Assembly (NCBI GenBank): GCA_022749895.1
Contig: JAKIWS010000001.1
Location: 7,891 to 71,890 of the forward strand
Reading direction: 5' to 3'
DNA from: Thermoplasmata archaeon
GTDB lineage: Archaea > Thermoplasmatota > Thermoplasmata > Lutacidiplasmatales > UBA184
DNA length: 64,000 nt
Positions 1 through 8,416 of the stretch are shown piece after piece. Position numbers and translations under genes: made by a program. Below the pieces are notes generated by a model, which was not told where the DNA came from, made no database searches, and worked only from the letters and a program-made list of their open reading frames with translations. Positions within the stretch are counted from its first letter, which is position 1. Each line of letters opens with the position of its first letter.

Positions 1-1
1 G

Positions 2-2203
2 ACCTACGACGCGGCGGACGCGTACGTCGTCGCGGTCTCGCTGAATGACAGCGCGGGGCCGGCGAACAACACGTACGGACCGACCGAACTCACCTGGGAG
101 TTCGCCGCCGGCAACTGGAGCCTAGTAACGACGACCGGTAACGTCCCGGCCACGCTGGCCCCGGGGCTCGTCTACGACGGTCACGATCAGTACGTTCTCC
201 TCTACGGTGGGCGACTCATGGGCACCAACAATTCGGTTGCGCCCGTTTCGAACCAGACCTGGAGCTACCGCGCCGGGGTCTGGACCAACCTCAGCACCGC
301 GGCACCGTTCGCGGTGGATTTCCCGAACCTGGTATACGACGCGGCGGACGAGTACGTGCTCCTCTACGACGAGCTCGGGCTCTCCCCGCTCAGCCTCAAC
401 GGCAACATCGAGTCGACTTGGACCTACGCGGGGGGTAGCTGGACCAACCGCACCGCGTCCGCGGGGAACCCTCCGGCGTGGTTCGGTCAGATGGCGTACG
501 ACGCGCTCGACCACTACGTGCTCTACTTCGGCGGCTACACGCTCTCGGACCACTTGGACAACTCCACCTACACGTTCCACGGCGGGGCCTGGTACAACGT
601 GACCGCCTCCGTCCGCGGCGGTCCGAGCGCCCGGATGTACTACGGCATCGCCTACGATAGTTCGTCGAACCAGGTGCTGCTCTACGGTGGGCTCGCCCAC
701 CTGTACGTGTACAACGCGACGGCGTGGAGCTACGAGCTCTGGGCGTACGCCTCGGGCAACTGGACGCTGCTCTCGTCGAACGGCACGTCGTTCAACATCC
801 AGTCGATGGTGTTCGACGCCGCCGACAACGAAGCGGTGCTCTTGGGGAGCAGCAACCACACGGTCGCTCCCCCCAACGTCGTGACGTGGACGTACGCGGG
901 CGGGAACTGGACGGTCGCCGCCCCCGCCTTCGCCCCAGGGGTCCGCCTCGCGGACGTGGGGCACGCCTTCACGCTCGACGTCACCCAATCCCCGAACGCC
1001 GGGGGCCTATCGTACCGGTACTCCGGACTCCCCTCGGGCTGTCCGTCGGTCAACGCGCCGGCGCTGACCTGTGTGCCGACCGTAGCGGGGACGTACGCGA
1101 TCGTCGTCGTGATCTCCGGATCGGACGGGTTCCAGGCGACCGCGCGCACGACGATCCTCGTCGGTGCAGCACCGAGCGTCGTGAGCTTCGGGACCACCAC
1201 GCCCCTCGGCGAGGTAGGGATCTCGCTCGGCTTCGACATCGCCGCGACACCGGGAGCGGGGGGTCTAACTTACGCGTACCTCGGCCTACCCCCGGGGTGC
1301 CCCTCCGCGAACGCCGCGAGCCTCCGCTGCACCCCGACCGCCGCCGGGTCGTTCGACGTTACGGCGAGCGTGACGGATGGGATCGGAGTGAGCGCGCTCG
1401 GCTCGACGCATCTCAACGTCGTACCCGCGCTCGCGTTGGTCGCCCTAACGACCGACCACACGGCGCTCGATGTCGGGCAGATGGTCACCGTCGCGAGTTC
1501 CCTCGCGGGCGGTGCGGCTCCGTTCTCCTACGTTTATTCGGGCCTCCCGGCCGGGTGCCCAACGCGGGACGCGAGCTCCCTGGCCTGTCAGCCCACGGCG
1601 ACCGGTACGTTCTCGATCGGAGTCCGGGCCACGGACGGACTCGGCGCGTTCGCCCCGGGGAGTGCCAGCTTGACCGTCAACGCGCTGCCGAGCATCCCCT
1701 CGTTCGCCGCGTCGGCGCACTCGATCCCGATGGGAGGGTCGGTCCAGCTCACCGCGACGGTCGCGGGAGGCACGGCCCCGTTCCAGTACCAGTACGCCGG
1801 TCTCCCGACCGGCTGCTCGGCGAGCGGAACGGCCGTGGTGTCGTGCTCGGCCGTCCCGACCGGGAACTACTCGGTCACGGTGACCGTCGTCGACGCGACG
1901 GGCGCCTCGACGACGAGCACCGTGACGTTCAGTGTACAGGGACCCCCGCCCGTCAAGAATCCGGTAAAGAGCCCGGTGACGGTGGGGCAGGCCGGCACGG
2001 CGAGCGGCCTCGCATTCTGGTGGGGATTCGCGGTGAGCGCGGTTGCGATCGCACTCGCCGGGGCCGCAGGCGGGTACCGCCTGCTGCTCGCCCGGCAGGG
2101 CCGCAACATCGTCCGCAGTCTTCGCGGTCCGACGGTGGGCGCCCCCGGCGACGCGACATCGAGGACCGAAGAACCGGAAGAACTGGTGGGTCCGAGCCGG
2201 TAG
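2..2203 (+). CDS. Surface (glyco)protein, 5'-truncated by the window edge: Kelch-like propeller repeats + four Ig-like (He_PIG/PKD-like) repeats + C-terminal TM anchor
   Basis: The frame of ORF 218..2203 stays open back to nt 2 (TYDAADAYVVAVSLND...), so the ATG at 218 is internal. There are repeated blades with W-x-Y, G-x-W-T-N and YDAAD-x-YVLLYGG. Four units of about 88 aa carry GLPxGC...L-C-P...G...V-D. The hydrophobic LAFWWGFAVSAVAIALAGAAGGY is followed by basic RLLLARQGR. N-x-S/T sequons are numerous. Confidence 0.75.
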   Translation, partial: TYDAADAYVVAVSLNDSAGPANNTYGPTELTWEFAAGNWSLVTTTGNVPATLAPGLVYDGHDQYVLLYGGRLMGTNNSVAPVSNQTWSYRAGVWTNLSTAAPFAVDFPNLVYDAADEYVLLYDELGLSPLSLNGNIESTWTYAGGSWTNRTASAGNPPAWFGQMAYDALDHYVLYFGGYTLSDHLDNSTYTFHGGAWYNVTASVRGGPSARMYYGIAYDSSSNQVLLYGGLAHLYVYNATAWSYELWAYASGNWTLLSSNGTSFNIQSMVFDAADNEAVLLGSSNHTVAPPNVVTWTYAGGNWTVAAPAFAPGVRLADVGHAFTLDVTQSPNAGGLSYRYSGLPSGCPSVNAPALTCVPTVAGTYAIVVVISGSDGFQATARTTILVGAAPSVVSFGTTTPLGEVGISLGFDIAATPGAGGLTYAYLGLPPGCPSANAASLRCTPTAAGSFDVTASVTDGIGVSALGSTHLNVVPALALVALTTDHTALDVGQMVTVASSLAGGAAPFSYVYSGLPAGCPTRDASSLACQPTATGTFSIGVRATDGLGAFAPGSASLTVNALPSIPSFAASAHSIPMGGSVQLTATVAGGTAPFQYQYAGLPTGCSASGTAVVSCSAVPTGNYSVTVTVVDATGASTTSTVTFSVQGPPPVKNPVKSPVTVGQAGTASGLAFWWGFAVSAVAIALAGAAGGYRLLLARQGRNIVRSLRGPTVGAPGDATSRTEEPEELVGPSR
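923..1942 (+). repeat. Four tandem coding repeats (~88 aa each) of an Ig-like domain with one conserved Cys pair per unit
   Basis: Units centre on GGLSYRYSGLPSGCPSVNAPALTCVP / GGLTYAYLGLPPGCPSANAASLRCTP / APFSYVYSGLPAGCPTRDASSLACQP / APFQYQYAGLPTGCSASGTAVVSCSA. Boundaries are approximate. Confidence 0.7.
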
Positions 2204-2285
2204 CGCCGGAGATTCCCGCCGATATCCGGAGGGAACGCCGATTCGGTTGGTCCTTCCCCCACGCGTCGGGTGAGGGTGCGCCCCC

Positions 2286-2909
2286 GTGATCCCGGTTGAC
2301 TTCGCCTACGGGCTCGGCGTCGGCCTCGCGGTCGCCGTCGGGCTCTATCTGGTGCTGTGGTGGCAGGCCCGGCGCCACGCGGACGCCGACCTCCCTCCCG
2401 CGGGGGCGTTCGGCCGCGCGAACGGGCCGGTGGGGATGCCGAACGGGGTCGATGCGACTACGCGGCACCTCTCGCCGATCTTGGTCCCCGAACCGTCGGC
2501 CGACACTCACCCATTCTCCCCCTCGCCCGGGCCGGATCCATCGCCCAGCGCGCCGACGTTGCCCGCTTCACCGCCCGAGCCGTCGACGACCCGTCGATCG
2601 ACCCCTCCGAACGAGACCCTCCGGCTCTCGCAGCGCCTCATCCTGCACATCTACTCCCAGGGAAACCTCGCGCCGGGAGAGGTCGCCCCGCCCGAAGTTT
2701 GTCAGGCGGGGATTGGAGAGGCGCTCGGGATTCCTCAAGCGGGACTCGCTGCCGTACTTCGGAGATTGGAGGCCGCCGGAATCCTCGTCACCGAGAGGGG
2801 CCACGTTCGCGGGCACGACCGGCGACTGAAAATCTACCGACTCTCGAGCCGCGGTCTCGAAGTAGCCAAGGAACTTCGATTCCGCCCTCGGTCACCAACG
2901 CACCGATAG
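2286..2909 (+). CDS. Membrane-tethered winged-helix (MarR/ArsR-like) DNA-binding protein: N-terminal TM helix, Pro/Ser-rich linker, C-terminal wHTH
   Basis: GTG start. TM helix is GLGVGLAVAVGLYLVLWW followed by QARRH. A long P/S-rich linker follows. The wHTH reads ICQAGIGEALGIPQAGLAAVLRRLEAAGILVTERGHVRGHDRRLKIYRLSSRG. Confidence 0.6.
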   Translation: MIPVDFAYGLGVGLAVAVGLYLVLWWQARRHADADLPPAGAFGRANGPVGMPNGVDATTRHLSPILVPEPSADTHPFSPSPGPDPSPSAPTLPASPPEPSTTRRSTPPNETLRLSQRLILHIYSQGNLAPGEVAPPEVCQAGIGEALGIPQAGLAAVLRRLEAAGILVTERGHVRGHDRRLKIYRLSSRGLEVAKELRFRPRSPTHR

Positions 2910-2992
2910 TCGCCCGCGACCACGCCGGTGGCCGGTCGAGGAACTCGATCTCCGCCAAGTCGTTGCCGGCGAGGCGGAATGGCGCGGTGCGC

Positions 2993-3205
2993 TCAGTAGG
3001 GCTGCTCGCGGCTCCGACGGAGGAGCTTCTCGATGGGGCGGGGTTTCCCCTGTCGGATCCGACGGGCCAGCTCCGCCGCCGTCAACTCCGTCGGATGGGC
3101 GACGAGTATGGCCCGGATCACGTCGTCGTAGGTCGCGCCTCCGCTCTTGAGCAGCTTCAGCAGCCTCCGCGTCTCCTGCGAGACCGTAATCGTGCTCGCC
3201 CTCAT
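2993..3205 (-). CDS. Orphan VapB-like (DUF217-type) putative antitoxin
   Basis: MRASTITVSQETRRLLKLLKSGGATYDDVIRAIL aligns position by position with the VapB at 38177 (NTSVALDREAYDLLRGQKRPGESFSQVVKRLA). I chose the internal ATG at 3205; the ORF-track start at 3262 adds 19 aa that do not look like this family. No PIN partner is adjacent. Confidence 0.5.
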   Translation of the reverse strand: MRASTITVSQETRRLLKLLKSGGATYDDVIRAILVAHPTELTAAELARRIRQGKPRPIEKLLRRSREQPY

Positions 3206-3292
3206 GGAACAACTCCCCCGGGACAGGCGCGCCGGATCCGCCATGGACGAGGAGGCAACCATCCACGACCGGGCGTCGCCTCCTGGGCCGGA

Positions 3293-3365
3293 AGCCGAGG
3301 GAGGGAATCGAACCCCCAGGAAACAGATCTGCAGTCTGTCGCATTAACCATTCTGCCACCTCGGC
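3293..3365 (-). tRNA. tRNA-Cys (anticodon GCA)
   Basis: The reverse complement folds as a 73-nt cloverleaf. Acceptor is GCCGAGG/CCTCGGC, anticodon stem ACAGA/TCTGT with loop CTGCAGA, T-arm GGGGG-TTCGATT-CCCTC, discriminator U. There is no encoded CCA and no intron. Confidence 0.9.
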
Positions 3366-3390
3366 GCCGGACCCCGGCAGGCGCGGGCCG

Positions 3391-3398
3391 CTTTAAGG
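3391..3398 (-). promoter_or_regulatory. Candidate TATA box for tRNA-Cys
   Basis: The minus strand reads CCTTAAAG, centred about 27-30 nt upstream of the tRNA 5' end. It is an isolated AT patch in GC-rich spacer. Confidence 0.4.
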
Positions 3399-3414
3399 GG
3401 TCAGCGGCGGCGGC

Positions 3415-4092
3415 TCAGATGGGGCGGAACCCGCGCGCAGCGCGGAGCAAGCCGGTGCGCACGCCGAGCCGGACCCGGTCGACGCCGGACAGCGACCGGC
3501 CCGACGCACGGACGTGTCCGCGACGGAGCGCCTCAAGGATCTCGTCGACCGAGCTGACGTCCTCGCGTAGCTCCGTGACCGCCCGCCCTACGCTGCTCGC
3601 CTCGTGAGCGTCGCTGCCACCGGTGGTCGCGATCCCCCGATGAGCGGCGATGAGCTCCGCGCGGGCGTTGGCGAGCTCCGGGTTGTGGCCGTTCACCGTC
3701 TCGATGGCGGAAACGCGGGCGCGCCGTGCGATCGCCGCTCCGACGCCGTGCGCCCACCGAAGCGGGTGCGCCAAGACCGAGACCCCGCCGTGACTCTCGA
3801 CCCATTCGACCGTCTCGTTGAGCGGGTTGCGAATCGGGGGGAGCTGGTCGACCCCGTAGACCAAGAGATGGCCCTCCCGCGTCGACACCTCGACCCCGGG
3901 AACGAACAGGTGGCGGGGGAAGCGGTCCCGGATCCGCGCCAAGTTGCGATGTCCCTCGATCGAGTTGTGGTCGGTCAGCGCGAACCCCTGAAGCCCCGAG
4001 GTGGTGACCGCGTCGACGATCGCTTCCAAAGTGGCGTTCGAATCGGGGGAGACGACGCTGTGAACGTGGAGGTCGAGTCGCGGGCCGGTCAT
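3415..4092 (-). CDS. PHP-domain metal-dependent phosphoesterase
   Basis: DLHVHSVVSPDS ... ALTDHNS ... VLAHP ... GGSDAH histidine/aspartate motifs. The start overlaps the metG stop (ATGA). Confidence 0.75.
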   Translation of the reverse strand: MTGPRLDLHVHSVVSPDSNATLEAIVDAVTTSGLQGFALTDHNSIEGHRNLARIRDRFPRHLFVPGVEVSTREGHLLVYGVDQLPPIRNPLNETVEWVESHGGVSVLAHPLRWAHGVGAAIARRARVSAIETVNGHNPELANARAELIAAHRGIATTGGSDAHEASSVGRAVTELREDVSSVDEILEALRRGHVRASGRSLSGVDRVRLGVRTGLLRAARGFRPI

Positions 4093-6362
4093 CGTATCCG
4101 TGTTCCTCGTGCGACGCCGGCCGCGGGCCGGACCGGGACGCCTCCGGATATTGTAAGCAGCCGACCGCTATCCCCGTTTCGCCCCGTCAGCTGGACCACA
4201 ACGTGGCCCCCTGCGGTCTCCGTGCCCCCGACGTGGACGTTCTTTCCGCCGACATCCACCTCGAGCTCGCCCGGAGCGGGGGCGCTCACGACCACACCCG
4301 CCACGAGCGGGCTCGCTTCGAACTGTTCGTAGGCGATCGAAGGTGCGTCAGGGCCCGCGCCGTCGACGTACGCCCCGAGGAGGGTTCCGTGGGGCGGTTC
4401 GAGCAGCGCCGGGCGCCCGTGGTCGTCCCCGGCCAGGATCATTCCTTGCGACACGACGCCCCGTATCGTCCGCGGTGCGAGATTCGTGAGCACCATCAGC
4501 CGTCGGCCCGCGAGCTCCTCGGGCGAAAAGTACGGACGGATTCCGGCGACGACGGTGCGGGTGGCACCCGCTTCGGTCTCCAGGGTGAGCACGTACAGCT
4601 TGTCCGCGTTCGGATGCGGGGCAGCGGACTGGATCTGGGCCGTTTGAACGGCGAGCGGGGGCGTCGCTTCTGCCGGTGCGGTGCCCGTGCCGGAGGCCCC
4701 GCTCGGGGTCGCCCGCTTCGCGGTTCCCGTCTCTCGCCGAGGGAACAAGGGGCGGATCTCCCCCAAGGCCTTTCCGGGCTCGGGCGGCTGAACCGCGGAG
4801 TCCCAGGCGCCCGGAGCGAGGAGCCCTTCCTCCCCGAGCATCCGCCCCACCTCGGCCGCCGAGAAGGGGATCACCGGGGACGACCAGATCGCCGCGGCCC
4901 GGATCGTCCAGAGCGCTTCGTAGAGCGCGATGGCGAGGGCGTCGCCGGAGAGTCGCCAGGGGGCCGACTCCTGGAAGCGGCGGTTGCCGTCGCGGATCTC
5001 GGTCAGCACCCGGTCGAACGCCTCCTTGAGCCGCACCTCCTCGAACGCGGTCGAGATGGCGACGTGGGCGGCGCGCAATCGCTCCCCGACCCCGTGGGTT
5101 GCGTTGGCGTCGAACGGAGCCCCCGGCGTCGGGATCTTGCCGCCGCATTTCTCCCGGACCAGGACGAGAACGCGCTGCACCAGGTTGCCCCACTGGTTCG
5201 CAAGGATCTCGTCGCAGAGGCCGTGGAACTCGTCCCAGTCGAACTCGGTGTCGTGGTTCTCGGGCGCGAGGAGCGTCGCGTAGAACCGGATCGCGTCCGG
5301 GGAGAAGTGCTCGAGGAGCGACGGGATGAACGCGTCCGCGTCGGCCGGGCGCGACTTCGCGATCTTCTCGCCGCCGAGGAGCATCCACTCGTTCGCGGGG
5401 ACGTCGAACGGGAGCTGCAATTTCCCGTGGCCGAGGAGGATCGCTGGCCAGAAGATGGTGTGGTAGAAGATGTTGTCCTTGCCGAGGAAGTAGTACTGGC
5501 GGACGGCCTCCCCGGCGTCCCAAAACCGGTGCCACGCGTCCGGTTTTCCGGCGCGCACCGCCCACTCCTTCGACGCGGAGAGGTACCCGATCAGGGCGTC
5601 GAACCAGACGTAGAACCGCTTCGTCTCGTAGCCGTCGAGCGGGAGCGGGATCCCCCAATCGAGGTCGCGCGTGATCGGGGTCGGGTGGAGACCGACCTCG
5701 AAGAAGTTCCGGGTCACCCCCACGACGTTCGGCCTCCATCCCGTTCGCTCCGCCAGATACGCGGCGAGCTGGGGCTGAAATTTGTCCAGGAGCAGGAAGA
5801 AATGCTCCGACGGCCGGAACTCGGCCGGGGTGCCGCAGAGGCTGCACCGCGGCGACTTGAGCTCGGCCGGAGTTAGGACTCTCCCGCACCGGTCGCACTC
5901 GTCGCCCCGCGCGTTCGGGTTGCCGCAGTTCGGGCAGGTCCCCACCAGGTACCGGTCCGGCAGGAACCGGCGGTGGTTCGGGCAGTACGCGTTGAGCTCG
6001 GTCTTGCGGGCGAGGAACGAGTTCTCGAGGAGCGCGAGGAACAGCTCCTGAACCGTTTTCTCGTGGATGATCGTCCGGGTGTTGGTGAACAGATCGTACG
6101 TGGATCCCAATCGCCGGAACGCCTCCCGGTTGACGGTATCGTAGCGTCGCGCAATCTCGTCGGGGGTCGTCCCCTCCTGTTCGGCCCGGACCAGGATCGG
6201 GGTTCCGTGCATGTCGGAGCCCGAGACCATCAGAACCTCGTCGCCCTTCAGTCGATGGAAGCGGGCGAACAGGTCCGCCGGCAGGTACGCTCCGGCGAGG
6301 TGGCCGATGTGGAACGGGCCGTTGGCGTACGGCCACGCTACGCCGACGAAGATGCGCGCCAC
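4089..6362 (-). CDS. metG: Methionyl-tRNA synthetase with C-terminal Trbp111-like tRNA-binding domain plus an extra ~70-aa tail
   Basis: AWPYANGPFHIGHLAG (HIGH), zinc knuckles CPNCGN / CDRCG, KIAKSR (KMSKS-like), then HPNADKLYVLTLE...LTNLAPRTIRGVVSQGMIL. Confidence 0.93.
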   Translation of the reverse strand: MARIFVGVAWPYANGPFHIGHLAGAYLPADLFARFHRLKGDEVLMVSGSDMHGTPILVRAEQEGTTPDEIARRYDTVNREAFRRLGSTYDLFTNTRTIIHEKTVQELFLALLENSFLARKTELNAYCPNHRRFLPDRYLVGTCPNCGNPNARGDECDRCGRVLTPAELKSPRCSLCGTPAEFRPSEHFFLLLDKFQPQLAAYLAERTGWRPNVVGVTRNFFEVGLHPTPITRDLDWGIPLPLDGYETKRFYVWFDALIGYLSASKEWAVRAGKPDAWHRFWDAGEAVRQYYFLGKDNIFYHTIFWPAILLGHGKLQLPFDVPANEWMLLGGEKIAKSRPADADAFIPSLLEHFSPDAIRFYATLLAPENHDTEFDWDEFHGLCDEILANQWGNLVQRVLVLVREKCGGKIPTPGAPFDANATHGVGERLRAAHVAISTAFEEVRLKEAFDRVLTEIRDGNRRFQESAPWRLSGDALAIALYEALWTIRAAAIWSSPVIPFSAAEVGRMLGEEGLLAPGAWDSAVQPPEPGKALGEIRPLFPRRETGTAKRATPSGASGTGTAPAEATPPLAVQTAQIQSAAPHPNADKLYVLTLETEAGATRTVVAGIRPYFSPEELAGRRLMVLTNLAPRTIRGVVSQGMILAGDDHGRPALLEPPHGTLLGAYVDGAGPDAPSIAYEQFEASPLVAGVVVSAPAPGELEVDVGGKNVHVGGTETAGGHVVVQLTGRNGDSGRLLTISGGVPVRPAAGVARGTRIR

Positions 6363-6552
6363 CGATTCCCGACCTCCAACGGAGATGGGCCGAGGCCGCC
6401 AGTTTACGGTTTCGGCTTCCCGACGAGGGGATCACGAGGCGAGAAGCGCCGTCTCCGAGCCGGGAAGCCTCGGACGGCTCACCTTTCTTGCGCCGCCGTG
6501 ATTACCGCCGGGGCGCCCCGGTGCATTCGGGCCGGACTTCAGAGGGGGAGCG

Positions 6553-7434
6553 TTGACGAAAGCGACCGAGGGGTTCGCGCCGGTCCTGGGCTACCGACTG
6601 TTCTACCGGTCCTTCGGCGATCCAGGTCACCCCACGGTGCTCGGACTCCACGGGGGTCCGGGGGCGATCCACGATTACCTGCTACCTTTGGCCGACCTGG
6701 CCGAGGACGGTTACCGTGTGGTCCTGTTCGACCAGCTCGGCTGCGGCAAATCCGACCTCCCGGACGATCACGGACTGTTCACGCTCGACCACAATGTGGC
6801 CGAGGTGGAAGCGCTCCGCAGCGTGCTTCGCCTCGGGAAGATCCACCTCATCGGCTCGAGCTACGGCGGGCTCCTCGCTCTCGCGTACGCGATCCGCTGG
6901 CAGAAGCACCTACGCTCGTTGATCACGGTCGGCGGGGTCGCGAGCATCCCGCTCGCCCAGCGGGAGATGACCCGACTGAAGTCGGAGCTTCCCGCGGCAA
7001 CGCGCGCGGTCATGGAAAAGCACGAAGCGGCGGGGACGTTCGACGCGCCCGAATATGTGGGCGCGGTACTCGAGTTCTACCGGAAGCACGTCTGCCGGGT
7101 GGAACCGTGGCCCGACGAGCTCCTCCGCACCATGAAGATGTCCGGCGAGCGGCCGGTCTACGCCGAGATGAACGGACCGAACGAGTTCACCATCACCGGC
7201 TCGATCCGGGACATCGACCTCACGCCGCAGCTTCCCGGGATCCACGTTCCCACTCTCGTCCTCGGCGGTCGCTACGACGAGGTGACGCCGACCGTGGCCA
7301 AGGCCATCGCGGGGGCGGTCCCGGGGGCGCGACGCGTCGAATTCGTCCATAGCTCCCATATGCCGTTCTGGGAGGAGCGCCCCCTCTTCCGTCGAACGGT
7401 GGTGGAATTCCTTCGCTCGGTGGACTCCGCCTGA
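6553..7434 (+). CDS. pip: Proline iminopeptidase / alpha-beta hydrolase (tricorn-interacting factor F1-like)
   Basis: TTG start. HGGPG motif, GSSYGG nucleophile elbow, C-terminal SSHMPFWE. Confidence 0.8.
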   Translation: MTKATEGFAPVLGYRLFYRSFGDPGHPTVLGLHGGPGAIHDYLLPLADLAEDGYRVVLFDQLGCGKSDLPDDHGLFTLDHNVAEVEALRSVLRLGKIHLIGSSYGGLLALAYAIRWQKHLRSLITVGGVASIPLAQREMTRLKSELPAATRAVMEKHEAAGTFDAPEYVGAVLEFYRKHVCRVEPWPDELLRTMKMSGERPVYAEMNGPNEFTITGSIRDIDLTPQLPGIHVPTLVLGGRYDEVTPTVAKAIAGAVPGARRVEFVHSSHMPFWEERPLFRRTVVEFLRSVDSA

Positions 7435-7470
7435 TTACGGAGTCCGTTCGCCCGGATTCCCGACCGAGGC

Positions 7471-7477
7471 TTTATTC
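7471..7477 (+). promoter_or_regulatory. Candidate TATA box for thyX (leaderless)
   Basis: TTTATTC lies about 25-30 nt upstream of the ATG at 7502. Confidence 0.35.
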
Positions 7478-7501
7478 AACGACACGCTCCCGGCGGCGCC
7501 G

Positions 7502-8416
7502 ATGGCCGACGAGAGCTTGCCGATGCGTCGGCCGAACGTCCCCCAGGCGGACGCTGTGATCGGCGTGAAGCGTCCCGTGCTGCTCCACGGTTACGTCGTC
7601 CTCGTCGACTACATGGGCGACGACGCCGCGATCGTCCAGGCCGCTCGCGTCTCGTACGGGACGGGAACCAAGAGCGTTCGCGACGACCGCGGGCTCATTC
7701 GGTACCTGATGCGCCACCGCCACACCACGCCGTTCGAGATGGTCGAATTCAAGTTTCTGATCCGGCTCCCGATCTACGTCGCCCGGCAGTTCGTCCGACA
7801 TCGAACGGCCAATATAAATGAATATAGCGCAAGGTACTCCATTGTCCCCGATGAATTCGACGTCCCCCCGCCCGACGAGATCCGGCGACAATCGACTCGG
7901 AATCGGCAGGGTCGCGACGAGCCCCTTCCGGGCGATGTCACCGATCGTTTCCGCGCCGATCTCGAGCGGGTCTCCCACGACGCCTACCAAGCGTACACGT
8001 CGGCCCTCGAGGCGGGGATCGCGCGGGAGACCGCGCGCCTGATCCTCCCCCTGGCGTACTATACCGAGTGGTACTGGAAGATCGACCTCTGGAACCTTCT
8101 CCACTTCCTCTCGCTCCGGCTCGATCCCCACGCGCAGGAGGAGATCCGGCTCTACGCCGCGGAGATGGCCGCCATCGTGCGGACGATCTGCCCCGTCGCC
8201 TACGAGGCGTTCGACGACTACGTGCTCGGGGGTGTCCGTCTGAGTCGGCTCGAGCAGATCGCCCTTCGGGAGCTCCTGAACGGGGCCACTCCATCGGCCG
8301 CCTGCGCGACCGCGGGTCTTCCGCTCACGCGGGACGACGGGAAACCCATGACCGCGGGCGAGGGGGTCGAGTTCCTCGCGAAGCTCGAGCGGCTTCGCAC
8401 CACGCCGACGGCCTAG
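7502..8416 (+). CDS. thyX: Flavin-dependent thymidylate synthase ThyX
   Basis: ThyX signature RHRTANINEYSARYS plus the overall family pattern (LVDYMGDD..., YTEWYWKIDLWNLLHFLSLR). Confidence 0.9.
   Translation: MADESLPMRRPNVPQADAVIGVKRPVLLHGYVVLVDYMGDDAAIVQAARVSYGTGTKSVRDDRGLIRYLMRHRHTTPFEMVEFKFLIRLPIYVARQFVRHRTANINEYSARYSIVPDEFDVPPPDEIRRQSTRNRQGRDEPLPGDVTDRFRADLERVSHDAYQAYTSALEAGIARETARLILPLAYYTEWYWKIDLWNLLHFLSLRLDPHAQEEIRLYAAEMAAIVRTICPVAYEAFDDYVLGGVRLSRLEQIALRELLNGATPSAACATAGLPLTRDDGKPMTAGEGVEFLAKLERLRTTPTA

Noticed and set aside
8413-8416. Convergent thyX and FAD-oxidoreductase genes sharing the palindrome CTAG as overlapping stop codons.
   Set aside because: It is real but is most simply explained by genome compaction. 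No further structure was seen.
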